From: Bdellovibrio sp.
GTDB taxonomy: Bacteria > Bdellovibrionota > Bdellovibrionia > Bdellovibrionales > Bdellovibrionaceae
Assembly: GCA_036676395.1 (NCBI GenBank)
Contig: JAKFCY010000002.1
Location: 2,144,001 to 2,208,000 of the forward strand
Reading direction: 5' to 3'
Length of the DNA stretch: 64,000 nucleotides
The notes under the pieces: model-generated
Told to the model about the DNA's origin: nothing
What the model saw: the letters and a program-made list of their open reading frames with translations, nothing else
The model's database searches: none
In this document: one piece after another, positions 38,201 to 47,547 of the stretch
Numbering within the stretch: position 1 is the first letter of the stretch
Layout: every line of letters starts with the position of its first letter
Made by a program: the position numbers and the translations under genes

Positions 38201-39771
38201 CTTGCGGCCTCAGAAGGTCTTATCGCTTCGCCACCAACTACAATGTCTAGGTATTCATTAGCTCGAATATCTAAAATTTCTTTCTCTAAATTTTTAATAT
38301 CATCTTTAATCTGATTACGACGAAGACCGATCTGATTGATTTCTTTAGTTAATGAATCATGATCTGCGCGTGATAAATACGAAGTAATGCCCTTGACTGA
38401 CTCTTCAAGTTGAGCTTTGCTTTCTGCATCGTTTTCAAGAACTGATACGCATAGTGGGCGTAATCCTGGAACTACTTTCTCACGAACAACACGTAAAGCT
38501 TTAGATGTATGACTCGATACTAATACAGTTTTTCCACTTGCAAGCAGATGACCAATTACATTTGCGATCGTGTGTGACTTACCTGTACCTGGAGGACCTT
38601 GAACTAAAACTGAGCCATTTTTTTCTAAACGTGAAATTACTCTTTCTTGTTCGGCATTGGACGGCTTAGTTAATAAATAATCAATCTCATTGTTATCAAG
38701 TTCCGGTGAAGTCTCAACAGATGTTCCTTCACCATTACCATTGCCCACTAATGGTTTATCCTCAATACCCATCAATCGCATCAATGACTCAGGTACATGT
38801 TCTAAAGTTGGTAATTTTTCAATTAAGTTATCCAATGATTCAGCAAAACCTTGCGATCGATTACCTAAGAAAATTACTGGGTCTCGATATATATTAGCTT
38901 TATTCTTAACTACGTCTGATCTGCTTTCAGAAAAGTGTCCATCAGAAAAAAAACGTTGTATGAAAAATTTAAAAAACTCAGATGATTTGCCGTTTGCCAA
39001 TGGATGGGGGTTCGCTTCAAGAACTCGTTTTTTAACAGCTGAAATACCGCTGCCATCAAGTTCGTGATGTCGTAATAGTGAAGTATATAGCTCCACATCA
39101 TCGTCAGTTTCTCTGATTATGAATTCAGGCGTAACTGAGTCAAATTCAATCTCGACCTTTTTTAATAAAATCGGATGGTCAACAGGCTGAATAGCGCTGT
39201 CCCAGATCAAGTGACCGTCAGCTACAAATAGCTGAAATTTTTCAGATTCTCGTTGTATTTGACCTTGTAGTTTGAATAGATCGGCAAATACGAGAGCTGC
39301 ATCCCGTGCTGGGAGCTCAGCCTCTAACCAATTCTGTCTTTGTATCTGCCATCGCTCGAATGAAGCAACTCGTGATGGATCGTCTTCGAATTTATGGGTA
39401 GTAGCGTGACCAGTTTTCAAGTCTGTTAAATTTTTTGCGTGGATACATTTTGCTTGTCCGTCAATTTTTTCCCAACCATTTTCAAGCCATCCGTCCAAAC
39501 TTGATGGCGGCAAAGGGCACATTGTTTCAACTGGTCGCTTTACGCGAAATATAATTCCGTCAAATTCCTGTTCTGGATCATCCGGAGCATTAAATGTTTG
39601 AATCGTTGGGTATTTCGGGAGACCTGAAAAACGTAATGACCAGTCATAAGACTGCAGTGAGCAAACTGGCGGCGTGCGAAGTTTCGTTAATTCTCTTATG
39701 TAAGTGAAAACTCTTGTTAATCGTTCTTTTCCGGTGTTGTTATTCTGCTCGTCCAAGATGATGTTCCCCAC
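35227..39771 (-). CDS. Large SF1 (Upf1/Dna2-like) helicase fused to a C-terminal Vsr/DUF559-like endonuclease
   Basis: GPPGTGKS, DEASQ, VGDDQQ, EHFRC, QFQGDE, NVAASRA; C-terminal YRIDLVV..AIECDGDRYH..RQSVLERLGW. Confidence 0.88.
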   Translation of the reverse strand: MGNIILDEQNNNTGKERLTRVFTYIRELTKLRTPPVCSLQSYDWSLRFSGLPKYPTIQTFNAPDDPEQEFDGIIFRVKRPVETMCPLPPSSLDGWLENGWEKIDGQAKCIHAKNLTDLKTGHATTHKFEDDPSRVASFERWQIQRQNWLEAELPARDAALVFADLFKLQGQIQRESEKFQLFVADGHLIWDSAIQPVDHPILLKKVEIEFDSVTPEFIIRETDDDVELYTSLLRHHELDGSGISAVKKRVLEANPHPLANGKSSEFFKFFIQRFFSDGHFSESRSDVVKNKANIYRDPVIFLGNRSQGFAESLDNLIEKLPTLEHVPESLMRLMGIEDKPLVGNGNGEGTSVETSPELDNNEIDYLLTKPSNAEQERVISRLEKNGSVLVQGPPGTGKSHTIANVIGHLLASGKTVLVSSHTSKALRVVREKVVPGLRPLCVSVLENDAESKAQLEESVKGITSYLSRADHDSLTKEINQIGLRRNQIKDDIKNLEKEILDIRANEYLDIVVGGEAIRPSEAARKVAELNLEHGWIIEPVEPSAPLPLSDKELNELYQTNGFISLEDESCLSEVLPELEAILTPHQVSDLKKHLDGVDNETAESHSNLWIHENQSVDVLEKVLQDINKGRDVLSSNKWIKKVVADARLGIEHLDPWLKLIELIESSSLKIAKRKEYILSHGPKLGAPITPELVKANNEIIFHLRSGKPIGFMDLTFKSSWKTLINTCYVDDGRPAKLEHFEAISALIETLQIRRELTNRWHRQVVPASGPSLEEKEPEIHAKSFVEALKIGSTWSKTIWNNVESGLKSQGFNLSIVIEKTSLTAAAQPNVEQLETMAQMTLVPAINSRKLWLNRKVLESKRQDTMQILRINVNKPACARSFILSLQKALTELNIEAYEAAYNRYLDLKGKNHFYNLRTAHLEKLERYAPTWAAMVQTRSGVHADSLIPGNAELAWNLCQWRQELDRRLAKDYSTVQRKLLNLKYELNDVNAQYVEKLSWRFQKKRTGLKEQSALNGWEKLQGKLTKSGTGKRDSQIKREAQKTLKDCKNAVPVWIMPLSRVFDSFDLVHTKFDVLILDEASQSDITALVAFAIAKQVIVVGDDQQVTPYAVGQELGKIQSLINELLQGVPNRMLYDGKTSVYDLAQLSFGETIRLVEHFRCVPDIIQFSNQLSYSGEIKPLREASSSPFADHVICHKVSSATAVNKINIVEATEVSSIIAAMAESDQYKDSSIGVISMVGTEQAQVIDGILQRKLGASIYQKHKILCGNASQFQGDERSVMLLSMVDTCDDPPLNIKQAEDVKKTFNVAASRAQDQLWVVHSLNPATDLKPGDLRLRLIKHAENPRELSLAIEATQKKADPNSGIFEQSVIKDLMNEGYRVVPQWQVGAYRIDLVVMGIGGKKIAIECDGDRYHPPEKLVDDIQRQSVLERLGWKFIRVRGSEYFKSRDKAMKRIFKELEAFEIEKLGPHAAPVHTEDDDVKRKLLLRAFEIRQEWESQPDDLVLPKKSRKKSE

Positions 39772-39876
39772 GATGAAATTCTTTATAATTTTATCGGGGT
39801 TTTAAAGGCTTAGCTTGATAATAAATAAAATTTTAGTTGTAAGCTTGTATCAATTCGAAACAATGTTTATTAGCAT

Positions 39877-40845
39877 TCATAATTTTTTTAATGGCGTTAC
39901 TACCAATTTCCGTACGTTAACAGGGCCATCAACGATATCACCTGTCTCATGCTTAAAAAATGTTATTTCTCCCGGGTGAAAGTCTGTTGGATATTTTTGA
40001 ACGACATTGGAGTCACCTATAGCGTGATTAACTTCATCAATAGTTTTCTTTAAACCTTCATGAAAAACATGCAACCTTAATTTAGTCTTTTCTGGTTGGT
40101 CGCAAGTATAGCAATCAATTGGCATTAAATTAGTGCCATTTAATTTTCCAAATACTGAGTAATGCACCAATTCGGTATCAACGAGATCATCTTTAATCCG
40201 TACTCCCATCGCCATTTCAATAGTTCGAGTTAGATCTCGACCAAAACTTTTTAATCTCTCCGTGGGTTTTTCATTCTGCCAACGCCAATGCACCCCTCTA
40301 AACATGCAAACATCCATGCCTTGCGATATCCAGCGAGCAGCGTCTATCCATAAACTGCAATGATAAATCGTTGCAGATGACTTTTTCATGGGAAATTTCT
40401 GAGAATACTCAATAGCTAAACAATGGATTAAGATATGTCTATTTTCTGTCTTGAGATATCTAGCAGTAGCTATGGTAAAGTATGGCATACCTTTATCATG
40501 TACGTGTTTATTTCGATGCTCTAGGGTTTCTTTTAATTGATTTTCAGACAAACTCGGTAATTTATCAAAATATTTATACGCATATTCGTACAGTTTTGCA
40601 GCTAAGGCTATAGCATCATCAAACGTTTTTAGGGGCTTGATTGGCAATAGTCCACTAGGCGATGGCGGCATTCCGACTTTTATTCCCATGTATTCAATGA
40701 ATGCAAATGGTGAAACGAAAAGCTTCATTTCCTGAGGAGGAATTCCAAGATATTTCTTTGCTAGCTGGTTATTAGCTTTATCAAAAAAAGATTCATCTTC
40801 TATAAATTTTCTGAAAAAATTTGTATCAAAGAACAAACTCGGCAT
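39877..40845 (-). CDS. Hypothetical protein, PIN-like nuclease features
   Basis: N-terminal LFFDTN, SPFAFIE, later DDLVDTE and YTCD acidic motifs; AGGAG RBS. Confidence 0.5.
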   Translation of the reverse strand: MPSLFFDTNFFRKFIEDESFFDKANNQLAKKYLGIPPQEMKLFVSPFAFIEYMGIKVGMPPSPSGLLPIKPLKTFDDAIALAAKLYEYAYKYFDKLPSLSENQLKETLEHRNKHVHDKGMPYFTIATARYLKTENRHILIHCLAIEYSQKFPMKKSSATIYHCSLWIDAARWISQGMDVCMFRGVHWRWQNEKPTERLKSFGRDLTRTIEMAMGVRIKDDLVDTELVHYSVFGKLNGTNLMPIDCYTCDQPEKTKLRLHVFHEGLKKTIDEVNHAIGDSNVVQKYPTDFHPGEITFFKHETGDIVDGPVNVRKLVVTPLKKL

Positions 40846-40938
40846 AAGCTCCTAAGCTGATTCGCTTTTCATTTTTTTTAACTCCATTAAAACCAACGTT
40901 AAGTACTGTTGGCTTTTCGCGAATTCTACTTCCGCAAC

Positions 40939-41145
40939 CTATCTATAACAAAGTTTGATTTTTAAACTTTGAACTTCAGACTTTGTTTTTGCGCCACATT
41001 GAGGCTCTAAACCCCCGGTTCTGCAAAATGCAGAACGTCGACCGCATTGTGAGCCTCTTTTGTCTACATTCCAAGGGCAATTGCACAGGCCAGCAAAGCT
41101 ATTGTCCGTCATAAAAACGACAAAAAGAAATATAAAGTATTTCAT
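40939..41145 (-). CDS. Small secreted Cys-rich protein
   Basis: Signal peptide (..SFA-G); CNCP..G.QCGRRSAFCR.GG..P.C; 6 Cys. Confidence 0.65.
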   Translation of the reverse strand: MKYFIFLFVVFMTDNSFAGLCNCPWNVDKRGSQCGRRSAFCRTGGLEPQCGAKTKSEVQSLKIKLCYR

Positions 41146-41148
41146 TGA

Positions 41149-42105
41149 TTAAGCGACATCTGTTTTATTTTTTTCGGCTGTAGCTTCAACAACTGGGCAA
41201 GGTGTTTCAATTGCTTGAGCATTCAATGGTGCAGGTGCCATTGAAATTACCGAAATAGCCTCAACAGTTGCTGGTACATCTTTCTTAGCATTGCTGCGCT
41301 TGGTTTTACGGGTCGCACGTTTTTGCGATCTAATGTACTTATGGAATTCTAAAGCCTTAGTTTCGTTCCAATCTTTGATTGAATCATCTAATCCGTTTTC
41401 TAATAAATTGTACACTTTATCCATTAGCATTTCGTGATTCGCTTTAAACTCGTGTTCACCACGAATTGATTTAGCAATATACTTGATTACATCAACTGAT
41501 AAGATTGCTTTAGATAAAGATTCTGGAGAAAAAGCCATAGCTTCTTTAGCTAATTCAGGCCATTCGCTCGCAGCAAATGTCGATTCATGCAAATCTAAAA
41601 ATTCGTGGCATTGCTCTTCTACCACTTTTTTAGTGCAATCAATTACATCGCTATCAGACTTAATATCAAATGCTGCGAATTCAACCCCGCCGTACTGTGG
41701 TTGTGAAAAATCAAATAGTAACCATTCTGTACCATTTGTTAACATTCCATATTTTACGCCACCTAGACTATGAAGGTATTCACTTAATTGAATTTTTCCA
41801 GATCTAAAGTCAGATTTTCCTAAATCAAAACCCATCTTTTTAACTTCAACTACGAATACTGGCTTATCGTTTTTAGATACGATTAAATCGGGCCGCATTT
41901 TACCTTTAGTTTCTTGCGAACGAATTACATATCCAGAAGCCGCAGTATAACCTAAGCAATTTTTAAGAAAGCTCTGTGCCCAAACTTCAACATTAGACTC
42001 TTTACTCGCGGGGTTTACATCGATATTCTTTAATTCAATCATATGCTCGATAGCTTGATCTAACATATTTCTAACTAATCTGTCTTGTTTGCTCTCTTTT
42101 GCCAT
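41149..42105 (-). CDS. Type I restriction HsdR N-terminal-like PD-(D/E)xK nuclease protein
   Basis: RPD..VEVKK..QL.EY..LTNG.EW; no helicase domain; AGGAG RBS. Confidence 0.75.
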   Translation of the reverse strand: MAKESKQDRLVRNMLDQAIEHMIELKNIDVNPASKESNVEVWAQSFLKNCLGYTAASGYVIRSQETKGKMRPDLIVSKNDKPVFVVEVKKMGFDLGKSDFRSGKIQLSEYLHSLGGVKYGMLTNGTEWLLFDFSQPQYGGVEFAAFDIKSDSDVIDCTKKVVEEQCHEFLDLHESTFAASEWPELAKEAMAFSPESLSKAILSVDVIKYIAKSIRGEHEFKANHEMLMDKVYNLLENGLDDSIKDWNETKALEFHKYIRSQKRATRKTKRSNAKKDVPATVEAISVISMAPAPLNAQAIETPCPVVEATAEKNKTDVA

Positions 42106-42370
42106 GGTCTCTCCTGTTTTTTTAACAAGACAAGATCGGTTAGGAACAATCCAGACTAAAATAAAAATTTATTTGTTTCAAAGCGACATACGTAGTGTTT
42201 CATTATATTCCTCAATTGTTCGAATCTTGGCTCGTTATTGACCGAATCACCCCTGATTAGGGGGTCGAGCAATTTTGATTCAATTGTTTTCTAATGTGAG
42301 TGAATTAACATCCTATAGCAATATGATCGAAAAAACGAATCTTCGATCTAGACTTATTGCATTGGAATTA

Positions 42371-43165
42371 TTATGGCTGTCGTTTGCCTAATTTAAATAT
42401 TTCTCCAGATTGCTCATTGAAAATTGCTACACAGGCATCAGTTAAAACAGGCAACACTTCGATGATCTGAAGCGCACTCTTGTTAGAAATTTGAGTAATT
42501 CCTCTCACATCTTTATCAGACTTAATATGTGCACATCGATCTCGTATGTCAATAAAAGTAGATAATGGTTTTCTTGTATATCCAAGCCTATTTAATCTTT
42601 CAGACACAAAGTCTAAACGCTTATGCGCATCAGAGTAATTCCACTTTCCCGCAGTTTTGAAGGTTTCCTCAAGGAATAAAAAAAGTGAAAGAAATCTGTA
42701 TTGTAGTGGAATTCTTTCGTCTTGCGCATCAGCAATTAATTTCAGCGAATGCCGATATTTAAAACTAGATGTAAATGTATCTCTTATAACCCCTGAATTG
42801 GGTGGTCTCAAAACCAAATCTGTCTTAATCGACATTGAGGGTGGCGAGTTTACCTCAACAAAGTTCCACATACTCAATTCAAAATAACCCTGAGGATCAT
42901 AATTCAAGCGGTATATCGATAAGAAATGTTCTTTAGATTCTTGAATAATAGGTAAATATTTTTCAGGCATTATACCATCTTGCGAATTTGGCAGCGTAAA
43001 TCTAAGAGCCGCAGGATGATTATCTTGATATAATAAGAAAGCCATCTTAATCACCGTTAAATCTTTTGGTTTTATATCAACTTCCCAGCTTACAATACTT
43101 TCTGCATCAGAAAATATTTCTCGCATTGGCTCAAATATGAAATAATAATAGCAATTGAACGACAT
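42371..43165 (-). CDS. HEPN-like (RxxxxH) protein
   Basis: RFLSLFLFLE helix followed by IRDRCAH; start uncertain (43186/43165/43126). Confidence 0.55.
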   Translation of the reverse strand: MSFNCYYYFIFEPMREIFSDAESIVSWEVDIKPKDLTVIKMAFLLYQDNHPAALRFTLPNSQDGIMPEKYLPIIQESKEHFLSIYRLNYDPQGYFELSMWNFVEVNSPPSMSIKTDLVLRPPNSGVIRDTFTSSFKYRHSLKLIADAQDERIPLQYRFLSLFLFLEETFKTAGKWNYSDAHKRLDFVSERLNRLGYTRKPLSTFIDIRDRCAHIKSDKDVRGITQISNKSALQIIEVLPVLTDACVAIFNEQSGEIFKLGKRQP

Positions 43166-43175
43166 ACTTATTTCT

Positions 43176-43646
43176 TCAAACCCCAACCACAGCCATCACC
43201 AACACCCGGCCAGCCATATAAATAATAATCAACGAGCCCGGAGTCCAAAACGTCGCCCTAGTATCATGAGTAAACTCTTTCAAATACACAAACGTATGAA
43301 TCAGTCTCGTCACAACATACCCATACATTAAAATCTGCATCGTCAGCAACGATGGCCCCGTAAACATAAATAAAAACCCAGCCATCAGAAAAAACGGAAT
43401 GTTCTCTAAATCATTAAGCTGAATGCGACGAACACGATCCACATAAGGATTCGGATTCAACTGCTCAGGCGAAGGGTTCGGATTTAACGCTGTCTTTTTG
43501 ATATCTTCAGGCGAACGATATCCACCCTTGACCTTCATCATACGTATCACCGTTAACCATGACATACTCACCGCTTTTAAAATCATAATCGTGGCAGCAA
43601 TAACGTAAGTAGAAAAAATCGGATTTGAAAAATTGAATTGTTCCAT
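43176..43646 (-). CDS. MAPEG family membrane protein (MGST-like)
   Basis: SPED, VDRVRRIQLNDLENIPFF, RLIHT. Confidence 0.88.
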   Translation of the reverse strand: MEQFNFSNPIFSTYVIAATIMILKAVSMSWLTVIRMMKVKGGYRSPEDIKKTALNPNPSPEQLNPNPYVDRVRRIQLNDLENIPFFLMAGFLFMFTGPSLLTMQILMYGYVVTRLIHTFVYLKEFTHDTRATFWTPGSLIIIYMAGRVLVMAVVGV

Positions 43647-43790
43647 TTCTTAACGCTAGCCATAACCATCAAATCGGTCACGGCACTTATAGTTATTCGT
43701 CTTTAACTCATTCTTAACAACTCACCTGCGCCACTCGGCGTAAACCCAAACGGCTCGGGTAATGCTACGGTAAAAAACCCGAGGATAAAA

Positions 43791-45407
43791 ATGGCCGATA
43801 CGCAACAAGACACCTTCGTTAACCTGATTTTGAAATTACTTTCAAACGAAGAGCCTTTAGATACGATTTATAAAAATTTGATCGAGTTTTTTGAAGAACG
43901 CAACCCCGGCGCTATCTGCAGTATTCTATTTTTAGATAAAAATAAAAAACGTTTTGAAAAAGTTTATGCTCCAAGCCTGCCAGCATTTTACAATGAAGCC
44001 ATACCCCACTTAGATATCGGCAGCAGCGCCGGTTCGTGCGGAACAGCCGCTTACTTAGGAAAGCGTGTTATCGTTGAAGATATTCAAAATGATCCGCTTT
44101 GGACACAGTATCGTGATTTAGCAAAAGCCGCAAACTTAGCTTCGTGCTGGTCGCAACCGATTAAATTACCATCGGGCGAAGTGTTAGGAACCTTCGCCAT
44201 TTATCACACCATTCAACACAAGCCTTCTGAACGGCATATTCAAATTATTGAACAAGCCGCTGATTTAGTTTCAATTGTTTTGCAACATTTCGAAACTAAA
44301 AGAATGGTTAAACTGGCTCAAGAACGAATTGCCTTAAGCGAAGCCGATCTGGTTTACGCCCAACACGTAGCCCAACTTGGCAGCTGGAAGTGGGAAGCTA
44401 AAACCGACACCGTTCACTGGTCTAAAGAAATTTATAATATTTTAAATTTAGATCCGAACACTCCGCCCCTGCCATTCGTTGAACAATCAAAGCTTTACAC
44501 CGAAGAATCTTGGAACCGACTTAAAGCAGCCGTCGAACACGCTATGGCGACCGGAGGCTCTTACGAAGTAGATCTTGAAGGCAGAGCCAGCAGCCAAGGC
44601 CCGCGCTGGTTTGTGGCCCGTGGTGAAGTGACTGAACAAGATTCTGAGGGGCACCCCACACGCTTGGCCGGAACTCTACAAGATAACACCGAACAAAAGT
44701 TACTCGAACACAATCTTAAAAGTGCGTTGAATGCCCGCGATGAATTTATTGCCGTTGCTACGCATGAATTAAAAACTCCGTTAACGACGCTGCAATTATC
44801 TTTACACGTGATCGCAAAATCATTAGATGGTGTTATCGATAAAGAAAAAATATTAAGTAAGATTGAAAAAGTAAAACAGCAAGGTGATCGTTTAGAAGCT
44901 TTAATTAAAAACTTGCTTGATGTCACCAGCATTGGCGCCGGGCACATGCGCTTAGAATTAAAACCAAATGTTAACTTTTCTAACTTGGTCGAAAATGTTA
45001 TTAAAAAGTATGAAGATGAAATCACTAAGTCTGGCTCTTCTTTGATTAAAAATATTGAACCAGATATTACCGGCGTGTGGGATGATTTTAGATTAGAGCA
45101 AATCGTAACGAATTTAATATCAAATGCCATTAAATACGGAGACGGTAAACCCATTGAAATTCATCTTCGTCGTTATCATCAAAATGCGCTTTTAGAAATT
45201 CATGATCAGGGCATCGGTATTCCTGAAAACAAACAGAAAAAAATCTTTGAAAGATTCGAACGCGCTGTTAGTGAAACCAGCTATAAAGGTTTGGGTTTAG
45301 GGCTTTGGATTGTAAAAGAAATTGTAACCGCATTAAAAGGCAAAGTTTGGGTGGCTAGTGCACTTAACAAAGGCTCTGTCTTTAGCGTAGAATTGCCAAT
45401 ACAATGA
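43791..45407 (+). CDS. Cytoplasmic GAF-PAS sensor histidine kinase
   Basis: GAF (GSCGTAAY, SCWSQPI), PAS (GSWKW), HELKTPL, NLISNAIKY, DQGIGI, GLGLGL. Confidence 0.93.
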   Translation: MADTQQDTFVNLILKLLSNEEPLDTIYKNLIEFFEERNPGAICSILFLDKNKKRFEKVYAPSLPAFYNEAIPHLDIGSSAGSCGTAAYLGKRVIVEDIQNDPLWTQYRDLAKAANLASCWSQPIKLPSGEVLGTFAIYHTIQHKPSERHIQIIEQAADLVSIVLQHFETKRMVKLAQERIALSEADLVYAQHVAQLGSWKWEAKTDTVHWSKEIYNILNLDPNTPPLPFVEQSKLYTEESWNRLKAAVEHAMATGGSYEVDLEGRASSQGPRWFVARGEVTEQDSEGHPTRLAGTLQDNTEQKLLEHNLKSALNARDEFIAVATHELKTPLTTLQLSLHVIAKSLDGVIDKEKILSKIEKVKQQGDRLEALIKNLLDVTSIGAGHMRLELKPNVNFSNLVENVIKKYEDEITKSGSSLIKNIEPDITGVWDDFRLEQIVTNLISNAIKYGDGKPIEIHLRRYHQNALLEIHDQGIGIPENKQKKIFERFERAVSETSYKGLGLGLWIVKEIVTALKGKVWVASALNKGSVFSVELPIQ

Positions 45408-45766
45408 CATCAGATATTTTATTAATCGATGACGAGCCAGATTTAAGAGAATGCATCGCCGAACTTCTAGAGGGCGAAGGTTACACCGTCAAACGAACAG
45501 AAAATGGTAAAACTGCACTTGAGATTTTAAAATCAGGTTACAAACCAAAAGTTATTATCCTTGATTACATGATGCCCGTCATGGATGGAAAAACATTTTG
45601 CGAGAACATCAGTAAAGACAGTCAAATCAGTTCTATTCCAATTATTTTATTATCAGCAGCTAATATTCCCGCAGAAACCATTGCAGACATGAAAGTGGCT
45701 GTGCAACTGGAAAAACCTATCCATGTTGATAAATTTTTAAACGCCGTGAAATCGTATATTCACTAA
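45404..45766 (+). CDS. Single-domain response regulator
   Basis: LIDDE, LDYMMPVMDG, KP; overlaps the kinase stop codon. Confidence 0.92.
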   Translation: MTSDILLIDDEPDLRECIAELLEGEGYTVKRTENGKTALEILKSGYKPKVIILDYMMPVMDGKTFCENISKDSQISSIPIILLSAANIPAETIADMKVAVQLEKPIHVDKFLNAVKSYIH

Positions 45767-46531
45767 TTACTTTTTTAATTCTAAAACCACCGGACAATGA
45801 TCTGACCCATAAACTTCGTTACGGTGGTACGAAGCCTTCAACCGATCACTAAATTCTTCATTCGCCATAAAATAATCTAAACGCCAACCCACGTTTTTCT
45901 CGCGCACGCCAGGGCGATAACTCCACCACGTGTAATGATCGCCGCCTTTTTCAAACTGGCGAAACGCATCGACATAACCCTTCTTGATCATCTCATCCAT
46001 CCAAGCACGCTCTTCAGGTAAAAAGCCTGCGTTCTTTTTATTCGTCTTCGGATTTTTTAGATCGATTTCTTGATGCGCGATATTCCAATCAGCACACATA
46101 ATTACGTTTTCGCCTTTTTTACGTAAGTCTTCGGCCGTTTTTAAAAACTTTTTGCAAAAAGCTAACTTGTAGGGAAGACGCGTGTGTTCGCGCTGTGAAT
46201 TCGGAAAGTATGAATTAATTAAAGTGAATTTCGGGTATTTAACAATCATCACGCGGCCTTCGTTATCAAACTGCGAATCCCCTAAACCCAACTGCACACT
46301 GAGCGGTTCTTTTTTAGAAAAGATCGCTGTGCCGCTGTAGCCTGGCTTGACGGCCGGGTTCCAGATGGCGTGATACTTTAATGGATTTTTTAGATTATCT
46401 TCTAACTGGTCGGGCGTAGCTTTAATTTCTTGCACACAGATGATGTCGGCATTTTCTTTTTCGAACCATTTTAAAAAACCGCCTTTAGCGCAGGCACGAA
46501 TACCGTTTACATTCCAACTGACTAGCTTCAT
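45767..46531 (-). CDS. xth: Exodeoxyribonuclease III
   Basis: SWNVNGIRA, QEIK, GYSG, YTWWSYR, GWRLDY, SDHCP. Confidence 0.96.
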   Translation of the reverse strand: MKLVSWNVNGIRACAKGGFLKWFEKENADIICVQEIKATPDQLEDNLKNPLKYHAIWNPAVKPGYSGTAIFSKKEPLSVQLGLGDSQFDNEGRVMIVKYPKFTLINSYFPNSQREHTRLPYKLAFCKKFLKTAEDLRKKGENVIMCADWNIAHQEIDLKNPKTNKKNAGFLPEERAWMDEMIKKGYVDAFRQFEKGGDHYTWWSYRPGVREKNVGWRLDYFMANEEFSDRLKASYHRNEVYGSDHCPVVLELKK

Positions 46532-46633
46532 TTAAACTCCCCATCAATATACTTTGAAAGTGTATCATATTTTTCTTGCTGTTTAGTAAGTTCATCTTTA
46601 TAAAAAAAATTCTTTTAACGAGGGGCCCAAACT

Positions 46634-47533
46634 TTGAGAATTTTATTAATCACAATTTCGTTCATGACTCTATTGGCCTGCCAAAACACAACCCAAGAGC
46701 AAAACATCTCGCAAAATAACCTTACCCCTGTCATTGGTGGCGAAGCTGTTTTAGATAAAGCCGAACTTAGCTATAGCATCGTAGGCATCTACGACAGCGA
46801 ATATAAAGCTATCTGTACCGGCTCTTTGATTGCGCCTAATTTAGTTCTTACTGCTGCTCATTGTATAAACCCAGATTCGTCTAAAATGAAAATCATTTTT
46901 AACGTTAATCTAGACAAAGTTATCGGAACAAAAAACCAGCTTATCACGATGTTCTATCAGCGCGATGTGACTGATGCTAAGGTGCACCCCGTTTATCTTG
47001 ATCCTGCCAATGAAGATAAAGAATCTGATGTAGGCGATATCGCCCTGATTAAATTCGCAGGCGATCTACCTGAAGGTTACCACCCAGCTGAAATTTTAAG
47101 CGATGATTCTATTTTAAAACGTGGCGTCGATATCACGGTCGCGGGCTTTGGTGTGTCTGAGGTCTATGCTGAACCGATCGACCCGAAAAAAGTAAAAGAT
47201 CTTCAAGACGCCATCGAATACGGCGAAGTCTACTGTTTTGACGAAGCACTTACAGATTGTGTAAGCGTTGAAATGGGCGGCGATGGTATTTTAAGACAGA
47301 CTCACGCTTTAATTTCTTCGGTGCAAGAAACTGAATTTCAACTTGATGAATCTAAAGGCCATGGCACTTGCAGCGGAGACTCTGGTGGCCCAGCTTACGT
47401 GACTGTTGAGGGTAAACTTTATTTAACGGGCGTTACCAGCCGCGGAAGCGCTTTATGCGACGACGTTGGCGTTTATACTAACGTTGTGCCTTACGCCGAG
47501 TGGATTAGCTTAACTGCGCCGTTGTTGAAGTAA
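46634..47533 (+). CDS. Trypsin-like S1 serine protease lipoprotein
   Basis: Lipobox LLA-C; IGG, CTGSLI, LTAAHC, DIALI, GDSGGP. Confidence 0.92.
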   Translation: MRILLITISFMTLLACQNTTQEQNISQNNLTPVIGGEAVLDKAELSYSIVGIYDSEYKAICTGSLIAPNLVLTAAHCINPDSSKMKIIFNVNLDKVIGTKNQLITMFYQRDVTDAKVHPVYLDPANEDKESDVGDIALIKFAGDLPEGYHPAEILSDDSILKRGVDITVAGFGVSEVYAEPIDPKKVKDLQDAIEYGEVYCFDEALTDCVSVEMGGDGILRQTHALISSVQETEFQLDESKGHGTCSGDSGGPAYVTVEGKLYLTGVTSRGSALCDDVGVYTNVVPYAEWISLTAPLLK

Positions 47534-47547
47534 TTTATTTTTACTAA

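Noticed and set aside
44561..45154. 197-aa minus-strand ORF, and similar short ORFs opposite rph, ABC-F, batD, the helicase and pirin
   Set aside because: They lie wholly antisense to well-supported genes and have no RBS or recognisable motifs.
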